A DNA stretch of 64,000 nucleotides, from assembly GCA_021818465.1 (NCBI GenBank), contig JAKAEA010000001.1, positions 375,712 through 439,711 of the forward strand, written 5' to 3'. Positions 56,702-64,000 of the stretch are shown in pieces. Within the stretch, counting starts at the first letter, position 1. Each line of letters starts with the position of its first letter. Made by a program: the position numbers and the translations under genes. The notes beneath the pieces are model-generated. The model was not told the DNA's origin. It searched no databases and saw only the letters and a program-made list of their open reading frames with translations. Source of the DNA: a bacterium (GTDB taxonomy: Bacteria; Patescibacteriota; Minisyncoccia; Phycocordibacterales; JAKAEA01).

Positions 56702-57691
56702 ATGAAGTTTTTTACTATAGATATGCGTCGTTGGCAGTGGGTAGGAATTTTTACTGCCGTTGTTATAATTGCTGTTTTAGGCGTTGGTGTGGCTGTATAC
56801 GTTACTACACTAAGCGCACCATCACTATTTCCTCAAGGCAGTATGCTGGCTATTGCCAACGGCCAAAGTTTGTCAGCAATTGCTCAAACGCTACAGGAAC
56901 ACCATCTTATTCGTTCATCGTTTTGGTTTACCAATGCGGTACTTATACTTGGTCGTGAACACGGCGTCCATGAGGGAACATACTATTTTCCCAACAAAGA
57001 AAATGTTTTTATGGTTGCTTGGCGTTTGACACATGCTGATTATCAAACTAATCAAGTAAAAACCATTATTCCTAACGATGCTACCGTATCTGATATCGCA
57101 CTAGTTATGCAAAAAAATTATCCTTCGTTTGATACGGCGCAATTTTTACTACTAGCCCAATCAAAAGAAGGTTATCTTTTTCCTGACACATATTATTTTG
57201 GTACCGATCCTTCAGCTCCGAGTGTAGTAACGGCTATGATTGACAATTTTCAGAGAAAAATTTCTACAGCGAGCGTCTCAGCGGCTCTGTCTCAATTTAA
57301 TAAACCACTCTCAGAGGTGCTTACTATGGCTTCTATTGTTGAACGTGAAGCACTAACGGCACAGGATCAACGTATTGTTGCCGGCATTCTTTGGAAACGT
57401 TTAGCATTACATATGCCACTTGACGTTGACGCTACACTTTATTACCTTACAGGTCGCACATCGGCACAATTAACAAAAGCCGATCTCGCTAGTACGTCAC
57501 CGTATAATACCTACACGCACGTGGGATTGCCACCAACACCTATCGGTAACCCGAGTTTACGTGCGATTATGAATACCGTAACACCCATTACCACAAACTA
57601 TCTTTATTTTTTATCGGATGCTACCGGTGCAATGCACTATGCAGCTACTTTAAGTGAACAACACGCGAATCAAACAAAATACTTGCATTAA
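56702..57691 (+). CDS. mltG: Endolytic murein transglycosylase MltG (YceG family)
   Basis: An N-terminal TM, a LysM-like segment, and the conserved GLPPTPIGNPSLRAI and YLYF regions. Confidence 0.8.
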   Translation: MKFFTIDMRRWQWVGIFTAVVIIAVLGVGVAVYVTTLSAPSLFPQGSMLAIANGQSLSAIAQTLQEHHLIRSSFWFTNAVLILGREHGVHEGTYYFPNKENVFMVAWRLTHADYQTNQVKTIIPNDATVSDIALVMQKNYPSFDTAQFLLLAQSKEGYLFPDTYYFGTDPSAPSVVTAMIDNFQRKISTASVSAALSQFNKPLSEVLTMASIVEREALTAQDQRIVAGILWKRLALHMPLDVDATLYYLTGRTSAQLTKADLASTSPYNTYTHVGLPPTPIGNPSLRAIMNTVTPITTNYLYFLSDATGAMHYAATLSEQHANQTKYLH

Positions 57692-57697
57692 TATTTT

Positions 57698-58768
57698 ATG
57701 AATAGTAAGAAACAAAAAGTTTTTGTCGGTCTTTCCGGCGGAGTGGATAGTTCTGTTTCTGCAGCACTTTTACAGCGAGCTGGGTATGATGTTACAGGAG
57801 TATTTATTAAAGTCTGGAGTCCGGATTGGTTGCCGTGCACATGGCGAGAGGAGCGCCGCGACGCGATGCGCGTCGCGGCGCATCTTAATATTCCATTTTT
57901 AACATTTGATTTTGAAGATATATATAAACACGCTGTCGTCGATTATCTATTAGCAGAATACCAGCGCGGTCGAACACCTAATCCTGACGTTCTCTGTAAT
58001 AAGGAAGTAAAATTCGGTGCCTTTTTCAAAGAGGCGCGTCGTCGCGGTGCAGATTATATTGCCACTGGTCATTATGCTCAAAATTTATATAAAAACGGTA
58101 AGCATCATCTTTTTGAAAGTATCGACAAGGAAAAAGATCAATCATATTTTTTGTGGACCATATCGCAAGGAACACTACAACGAGTATTGTTTCCTGTGGG
58201 AAACTTACACAAGAGACAGGTGCGCGATCTAGCAAAAAAATTTAATCTTCCTACAGCAGCCAAAAAAGATAGCCAGGGAATTTGTTTTTTAGGACAGATA
58301 GACATGAAAGAATTTCTGGCACACTATATTTCACCGCAGCGTGGCATCGTACTCGACACGCGGGGTCATGCCATAGGGTGGCATCCGGGTGCATTATTTT
58401 TTACGCTCGGTGAACGACACGGCTTTACCATAACCGATCAAAATGCTCGCCACGAACCCCACTACGTTAGTGCCAAAGATATGATCCATAATACTATAAC
58501 TGTTGCACCGCACCAAGTCCAAGTACCAGATACGGCTATTTCTCAGGTACATCTAGAAACACCGCATTGGATATCTGGTGAGGCACCCGTAACAGATACA
58601 ACATACGCGGCTCGTTGGCGATATCGACAACAGACAACACCATGCCGTATCACAATCGATACGCGTACAAATATTTTTTTTGAAACACCCCAAAAACACA
58701 TTCCCCCCGGACAATCACTCGTACTATATAAAGATTCAGAATGTCTTGGCGGCGGTATCCTGTTATAA
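57698..58768 (+). CDS. mnmA: tRNA-specific 2-thiouridylase
   Basis: The PP-loop VGLSGGVDSSV, catalytic Cys residues and a C-terminal beta-barrel. Confidence 0.85.
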   Translation: MNSKKQKVFVGLSGGVDSSVSAALLQRAGYDVTGVFIKVWSPDWLPCTWREERRDAMRVAAHLNIPFLTFDFEDIYKHAVVDYLLAEYQRGRTPNPDVLCNKEVKFGAFFKEARRRGADYIATGHYAQNLYKNGKHHLFESIDKEKDQSYFLWTISQGTLQRVLFPVGNLHKRQVRDLAKKFNLPTAAKKDSQGICFLGQIDMKEFLAHYISPQRGIVLDTRGHAIGWHPGALFFTLGERHGFTITDQNARHEPHYVSAKDMIHNTITVAPHQVQVPDTAISQVHLETPHWISGEAPVTDTTYAARWRYRQQTTPCRITIDTRTNIFFETPQKHIPPGQSLVLYKDSECLGGGILL

Positions 58769-58776
58769 TGATAGCT

Positions 58777-59628
58777 ATGTCCGAACAAATTCTTGTCACC
58801 AAAACCGACGGCACCAAAGAACCTTTCAATGAAGAGAAGTTGGCCGTTTCATTACGACGTTCTCGCGCTTCCGCTGTAACTATCCAAGCCGTACTTGATC
58901 ATGTGCGTAAGGAAATCCGCGAAGATATGACAACACACCATATCTACCAACACGCTCTTGATGTACTCCATAAAATTCAGAAGAGCGCCGCAATCAGCTA
59001 CTCGTTACGACGCGCCATTGCTGATCTTGGTCCATCTGGTTTTCCGTTTGAAAAATTTATAGCTGAAATATTTAAACAGCGCGACTACAAAATACTAACC
59101 GATCAAACTGTTGTTGGTGGTTGTGTCGAGCACGAAGTTGATATTGTTGCTTGGAAACCTGTCGACGATCTTGTTATGGTAGAAGCAAAATTTCATAATC
59201 AACCCGGTTTAAAATGTGATTTAAAAGTGGCACTGTATGTCAAAGCTCGTTTTGATGATTTAGCCAAAGCAACATTTACGTATGACGATCACCACTATCG
59301 TTTAGGTGCTGGTTGGCTTGTGACAAATACAAAATTCACCAGTAGCGCTATTAAATACGCCGAATGCCAAACAATGACCATTATCGGTTGGAGTTATCCG
59401 CACAAAGGCAATTTGCAAGATTTAGTTGAATCGGCCCATCTCCATCCACTAACGTGTTTACGTCTTTTAAGCGAGCACGATAAGAAAACTCTATTGGGGC
59501 AGGGTATCGTACTTTGTCGAGATCTAGAGAAAAATCCTACACTTTTACGTACTCTAGGACTCGCTGAACTCAATATTGAAGCAATTCTTTCAGAAATCAG
59601 TCACATTTACGCCGAAAAAACACCATAA
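58777..59628 (+). CDS. ATP-cone domain fused to Mrr-like (restriction endonuclease-type PD-(D/E)XK) domain
   Basis: An N-terminal ATP-cone (ILVTKTDGTKEPFNEEKLAVSLRRS..). A middle Mrr_cat-like core (FEKFIAEIFKQRDYKILTDQTVVGGCVEHEVDIVAWK..VMVEAKFH) with D..E.K spacing. I placed the start at ATG 58777; TATAAT sits within the last mnmA codons. Confidence 0.55.
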   Translation: MSEQILVTKTDGTKEPFNEEKLAVSLRRSRASAVTIQAVLDHVRKEIREDMTTHHIYQHALDVLHKIQKSAAISYSLRRAIADLGPSGFPFEKFIAEIFKQRDYKILTDQTVVGGCVEHEVDIVAWKPVDDLVMVEAKFHNQPGLKCDLKVALYVKARFDDLAKATFTYDDHHYRLGAGWLVTNTKFTSSAIKYAECQTMTIIGWSYPHKGNLQDLVESAHLHPLTCLRLLSEHDKKTLLGQGIVLCRDLEKNPTLLRTLGLAELNIEAILSEISHIYAEKTP

Positions 59629-59711
59629 CAACACAAATTTTTAATATCGGCTATTGCCCTGGCTTTTCTGAGGGGGCTATAATAGGTATTATTTATTAAA
59701 TCACCGCTTTT

Positions 59712-60422
59712 ATGGATAACTCTCAATCGTCTGGACAAAAACAAAACCAGCAGCAACAGCCACAACAGAAACCAATACAACAACATCAACCACAATTAAA
59801 TCTCAATCAGAAACCAGTACAGAAATTTCAACAAACTAATACACCATCACAACCCATTAAACCGACTGCGAATAAAAATGTTTCAGCCGCACCGACCCCA
59901 TCACCGGCTATGCAAGTTGCTGCCGCCTTTGTTGTCGGTATTCTCGTTGGTGTTATTGGCTATTCACTGGTCAACAAAAACCCTAACGTAAACACTGCAC
60001 TAAATACCCAATCGGCTTCTTCAACTATTTCTCTACAAAATAGTAATCAAATTAGCCCAACGAGCGCCGATGAAATCGTCAATCCCACATCAGTTAGCGA
60101 CAATAGCGTTATTGTGCATAGCCAACCAGCTGGAGCTAGTGTTGCTCTTTCACAAGTAGACCTTAAAAACGGCGGTTGGGTCGCTATTCAAGAAAACGCC
60201 GCTGGCACTCCTGGAGTTATTCTGGGTGCCGCGTATTTTGACGCCGGTCAGACTCTTAACGGCACCGTATCACTCTTGCGACCCACAGTCGCCGGTACAT
60301 CTTATTTTGCTGTGATTCACACTGATGATGGTACCAAACCACGTGTGTTTAATTATCACACTGACACTATTCTCAATGACAGTGCTGGTAATCCTATTGA
60401 CGCTTCCTTTACCGCACAATAA
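59712..60422 (+). CDS. Membrane-anchored protein with Gln/Pro-rich N-terminal tail and extracytoplasmic domain
   Basis: QKQNQQQQPQQKPIQQHQPQ low-complexity sequence, one TM (AAFVVGILVGVIGYSLV) and a beta-rich C-terminus. Confidence 0.35.
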   Translation: MDNSQSSGQKQNQQQQPQQKPIQQHQPQLNLNQKPVQKFQQTNTPSQPIKPTANKNVSAAPTPSPAMQVAAAFVVGILVGVIGYSLVNKNPNVNTALNTQSASSTISLQNSNQISPTSADEIVNPTSVSDNSVIVHSQPAGASVALSQVDLKNGGWVAIQENAAGTPGVILGAAYFDAGQTLNGTVSLLRPTVAGTSYFAVIHTDDGTKPRVFNYHTDTILNDSAGNPIDASFTAQ

Positions 60423-60461
60423 AATTATATTGTTTGTGTTTGGTTAACACACTAAAAAATA

Positions 60462-60968
60462 ATGATACCTACTACAGGTTTAGGAATACTCAGTAGCAGT
60501 TGGCCATTTCTACAAGTTACCATTGCAACAATTTTGGGAATGATTTTGGGGGTGGAACGTCTACTTGCCAGTCGAGCTGCCGGTCCACGGACCTACGGAC
60601 TTATTTCACTTGGATCATGTCTTGCCACTATTCTTTCGCTTAATGTTGTGCCTATGTACCTCGCGGGCATGAGTCCAGAGGTAATAGGTCATGCTTTCAG
60701 TCTCAATCCTTTGATGATTGTTGCCAATATTCTTGTTGGTATTGGCTTCATTGGCGCAGGCATGATTGTATTGCACGGCTCTCAAGTCAGCGGCCTCACA
60801 ACAGCGGCCGGCATTTGGGTTGCTGCCATTATTGGTATTACCGTTGGTTTTGGATTCTACATTCTGGCAACTTTTGTCACCTTCTTAACACTTTTCTTGT
60901 TTAGTATTCTCTGGCGGTGGGAACAGAGTTGGAAACGAAACAACCAAGATACCGACACGCACGCATAA
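60462..60968 (+). CDS. mgtC: MgtC/SapB family membrane protein
   Basis: ILGMILGVERLLASRAAGPRTYGLISLGS matches the MgtC signature (G.ERE..AG.RT). Confidence 0.7.
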   Translation: MIPTTGLGILSSSWPFLQVTIATILGMILGVERLLASRAAGPRTYGLISLGSCLATILSLNVVPMYLAGMSPEVIGHAFSLNPLMIVANILVGIGFIGAGMIVLHGSQVSGLTTAAGIWVAAIIGITVGFGFYILATFVTFLTLFLFSILWRWEQSWKRNNQDTDTHA

Positions 60969-61009
60969 ACGTGTTACGATGTCTGCCACCAAGTGGTACA
61001 ATATAGCCA

Positions 61010-61885
61010 ATGTCTCATTTTGACGCTACGCGCCGAAAATTTATTTTCAATCCCACTTCGCGTGAGCCTTTTAAGGTCAGTCGCTCAAAAATTGATCTCT
61101 TTATGGAGTGTCCGCGCTGTTTTTACTTGGATGCGCGCCATGGAGTTAGTCGCGTTCGTGGACCATCATTTACGTTAAACGTTGCTGTTGACGCGCTCCT
61201 CAAGAAAGAATTTGATGTGCACCGCGCCGCGGGTACCACGCATCCGCTTATGAAAGCCTACGGTCTTGATCTGGTACCATTCCAGCATCCCGATATGGAT
61301 ATTTGGCGAGAAAATTTTAAGGGCGTACAGTATCTCTACAAACCGGCCAACATACTTGTCACTGGCGCTGTTGATGATGTGTGGGTTAATAAAGTCGGTG
61401 AGCTTATTGTTGTTGATTACAAAGCCACCGCCAAACAGGGGAGACTGGAAACGTTGAGTGATACTACATGGGAACGCCAGTATCGCCGACAGATGGAAAT
61501 ATATCAGTGGCTCCTGCGTCAAAATGGTTTCAATGTTTCTTCCACCGGCTACTTTCTTTATGTTAATGGCAAAAAAGATGCCGCGGCTTTTGACGGTAAA
61601 CTTGAATTTGAAACCACACTCATTCCACACAATGGCGACGACAGTTGGATTGAAAAAAGTCTTATGCTCCTGAAGCACTGTCTCGTCGACGAGCGTCTTC
61701 CTGAAGCGGCTCCCACCTGTGAACATTGTCAATATTTGGAAAAATATTTAAACGTTTTACGCAATCGCGCATCCAAAAAAGATTCGACTACCACTAAACC
61801 TACCACCAAACCTAAAAAAAATCCGACTAAAAAATCGAAAACTACCGCCGTGACTCGTCCCGAGGGAAAATTATTTGATATGTAA
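61010..61885 (+). CDS. Cas4-like PD-(D/E)XK nuclease with Fe-S cluster cysteines and Lys/Thr-rich tail (no CRISPR context)
   Basis: An N-terminal CPRC, motif II D, motif III VVDYKATAK, a QxxxY (RRQMEIYQW) and a C-terminal CEHC. This is the RecB/Cas4-family arrangement. Confidence 0.55.
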   Translation: MSHFDATRRKFIFNPTSREPFKVSRSKIDLFMECPRCFYLDARHGVSRVRGPSFTLNVAVDALLKKEFDVHRAAGTTHPLMKAYGLDLVPFQHPDMDIWRENFKGVQYLYKPANILVTGAVDDVWVNKVGELIVVDYKATAKQGRLETLSDTTWERQYRRQMEIYQWLLRQNGFNVSSTGYFLYVNGKKDAAAFDGKLEFETTLIPHNGDDSWIEKSLMLLKHCLVDERLPEAAPTCEHCQYLEKYLNVLRNRASKKDSTTTKPTTKPKKNPTKKSKTTAVTRPEGKLFDM

Positions 61886-61906
61886 TATATAGATACTGCA
61901 TACCCC

Positions 61907-62512
61907 ATGTTCACCGTCGAAGAACGACATAACGCTATGAAAAAAATTCGCGACGAAGTGGTAGCTTTGAAAGACTCGCCACTTTATGCCTTTCGCATCA
62001 AAAATGGAGCGCTCCCTGTTATCGGTGAAGGTAGCCATGCGGCAAAAATCATGTTCATCGGCGAAGCGCCAGGCGTACACGAAGCAAAAACTGGTCGGCC
62101 ATTCGTGGGAGCAGCAGGAAAATTTCTTAATGAGCTTCTGGAAAGCGTCGGTGCACAACGTAATGATGTCTACATCACCAACATTGTCAAAGATCGGCCA
62201 CCAGAAAATCGCGACCCTACGCCACACGAAATTGCTACGTACGGCCCATTCTTAGATCGGCAAATAAACATCATTCAACCGCGCGCCATCGTCACGCTCG
62301 GCCGCTTTTCTATGTATTACATTATGCGTACACTGCATGTAGACTTTAACAGTGAACCAATTTCAAAATCGCACGGCAAAACCTATATCGCCCAAACACC
62401 TTTTGGCGAACTCTCCATTCTCACTATGTATCATCCGGCGGCGGCACTCTATAATGGTGCTATGCGCGACGTTCTTAAAAAAGACTTTGCGATTGTTAAA
62501 AAATTTCTGTAG
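61907..62512 (+). CDS. Uracil-DNA glycosylase, family 4
   Basis: GEGSHAAKIMFIGEAPGVHEAKTGRPFVGAAGKFL, a Thermus-type UDG signature. Confidence 0.8.
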   Translation: MFTVEERHNAMKKIRDEVVALKDSPLYAFRIKNGALPVIGEGSHAAKIMFIGEAPGVHEAKTGRPFVGAAGKFLNELLESVGAQRNDVYITNIVKDRPPENRDPTPHEIATYGPFLDRQINIIQPRAIVTLGRFSMYYIMRTLHVDFNSEPISKSHGKTYIAQTPFGELSILTMYHPAAALYNGAMRDVLKKDFAIVKKFL

Positions 62513-62581
62513 GATTTTTACATTGCATCGTATCTTGAAAAAAGCATGATTTAAAGCTATTATACGCTTTCAAGTAAAACT

Positions 62582-64000
62582 ATGATGACCTCTGAAGAAA
62601 TACGTCAAAAATTTTTAAAGTTTTTTGAAAAACGTGGACACACAGTTATTCCTTCAGCATCGTTAGTGCCAAGTGAAGAAATCGGCGCGGTCACCTCGAG
62701 TCAAACTCTTTTCACCACGGCCGGCATGCAGCCACTCATTCCATATCTGCTTGGCAAACCTCATCCGGCGGGCACACGTTTGGTAGACGCACAAAAGTGT
62801 GTGCGCACCGGTGATATTGACGATGTTGGTGACAATCGTCATTTAACTTTTTTTGAAATGCTTGGCAATTGGTCACTCGGTGATTATTTTAAGCGCGAAG
62901 CTATTAGCTGGAGCTTCGAATTTTTAACATCAAAAAACGAGGGATTGGGTTTAGACCCTCAACGTTTTTACGTCACTGTTTTTAAAGGTGAACAAGGTAT
63001 TCCACGTGACAATGAATCAATAAAAATCTGGCAAGAAATTTTTGCCCAACACGGTCTCTCCAACGAGGTGGCGGCAGATGATGAAATAGTGCGCAATAAT
63101 GTGCGTATTATTCCGCTTGGCGTCAACGACAATTTTTGGATTGCTGGCGCAACCGGCCCGTGCGGCGGTGATACAGAAATGTTTTACGATACTCGTCCAG
63201 GCGACGGAAATATAGAAGGGAAATTCAGCGATTTTGTAGATTCATTTCGCCTCATTGAAGTTTGGAATGACGTCTTTATGGAATTTAATAAAACCGTCGA
63301 TGGTCACTACGAAAAACTATCGGCGAAAAATGTTGATACGGGTATGGGTTTAGAGCGCACCACCGCCGTAGTTAATGGTGTTTCTACTGTTTTTGAAACG
63401 GATTGTTTTGTACCAATTCTTGATGGTATTCGCACCCACGCCACAATCGCAAACGAAAAATCAGAGCGAATTATTGCTGACCATATGCGCGCGGCTGTCT
63501 TTATGATTGCCGATGGTATTACTCCTTCAAATACCGACCGTGGTTACATACTACGTCGAATTTTGCGTCGCGCTATTCGTCACGCCGATAGTATTAGCAT
63601 GACTCGTGATTTGGGTACTATTGCCGAAATAATCCAAAAAAAATACGGTGCGGCGTATCCAGAAATTATGGGTAATGATAGGGGAGCCTCTATTCGAAAA
63701 ATTATTCACGAAGAAGAGCAGAAATTTCGCACGACGCTTAAGGAAGGCATGAAAGAATACGAAAAAAGAAAAAAGGACTGGGTTGGCGTACCTAACGAGC
63801 CACTCCCTGCCGATAGTAACAAGACGCTGCCTATATCTGGCCGTGCGGTGCAAAAAATACTAGGAAAAACAATTTTTGATCTTTTCCAAACGTACGGTTT
63901 TCCTATTGAACTTACTGAGGAATTAGCTAAAGAAGAAGGAGCGGTTATTGATAGGGAAGGTTTCGATCAATTAGTACGTGAACATCAAAATCTCTCCCGC
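62582..64000 (+). CDS. alaS: Alanyl-tRNA synthetase, N-terminal part (3' truncated by window edge)
   Basis: FLKFFEKRGHTVIPSASLVP, FTTAGMQ, FFEMLGNWSLGDYFK. The ORF runs in frame to the window end. The minus-strand ORF at 63551-63853 is spurious. Confidence 0.85.
   Translation, partial: MMTSEEIRQKFLKFFEKRGHTVIPSASLVPSEEIGAVTSSQTLFTTAGMQPLIPYLLGKPHPAGTRLVDAQKCVRTGDIDDVGDNRHLTFFEMLGNWSLGDYFKREAISWSFEFLTSKNEGLGLDPQRFYVTVFKGEQGIPRDNESIKIWQEIFAQHGLSNEVAADDEIVRNNVRIIPLGVNDNFWIAGATGPCGGDTEMFYDTRPGDGNIEGKFSDFVDSFRLIEVWNDVFMEFNKTVDGHYEKLSAKNVDTGMGLERTTAVVNGVSTVFETDCFVPILDGIRTHATIANEKSERIIADHMRAAVFMIADGITPSNTDRGYILRRILRRAIRHADSISMTRDLGTIAEIIQKKYGAAYPEIMGNDRGASIRKIIHEEEQKFRTTLKEGMKEYEKRKKDWVGVPNEPLPADSNKTLPISGRAVQKILGKTIFDLFQTYGFPIELTEELAKEEGAVIDREGFDQLVREHQNLSR

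Noticed and set aside
61010-61885. A CRISPR-Cas locus implied by the Cas4-like nuclease.
   Set aside because: I found no direct-repeat/spacer array or other cas genes anywhere in the window. I treated it as an orphan PD-(D/E)XK nuclease.
1-64000. A mobile element or genomic island, considering the tRNA-adjacent segments at 6167 and 35968-37156.
   Set aside because: There is no integrase, transposase or recombinase gene, and no flanking direct repeats of tRNA 3' ends.

Overview
This 64 kb window is a gene-dense, almost entirely plus-strand stretch of a bacterial chromosome. I support about 60 protein genes, 6 tRNAs, several rho-independent terminators and 2 sigma70-like promoters. I found no rRNA, CRISPR array, transposase or integrase. 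Many proteins are short versions of their families (DnaX 343 aa, UvrC 424 aa), start/stop overlaps of the ATGA type are frequent, and homologues often carry a membrane anchor. By inference this fits a reduced-genome bacterium such as the Patescibacteria/CPR or Saccharibacteria; that is not proven from the sequence. The recognisable housekeeping genes are a serS 3' end, an ftsQ-like gene, a ClpB/ClpC-like AAA+ protein, dus, dnaX, rsmG, tgt, a complete uvrB-csrA-uvrA-uvrC block, ddl, ychF, leuS, mltG, mnmA, a family-4 UDG and the alaS 5' end. The accessory content is an NRAMP transporter next to a P1B (TPCP-type) ATPase, an 8.7 kb cyclic beta-1,2-glucan synthase-like giant gene and a strongly expressed Tyr/Gln/Cys-rich secreted mini-protein. 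Downstream of these are an ECF sigma factor, a MacAB/HlyD-type tripartite exporter, a tandem-repeat surface protein, a cupin-type (archaeal-like) PGI, an ATP-cone/Mrr-like nuclease and a Cas4-like Fe-S nuclease with no CRISPR. The two most unusual observations are a canonical Nudix box (GX5EX7REVXEEXGF) with about 130 aa of flanking sequence embedded inside the LeuRS editing region, and the module running from the giant glucan synthase through the Tyr-rich peptide to the ECF sigma and exporter.
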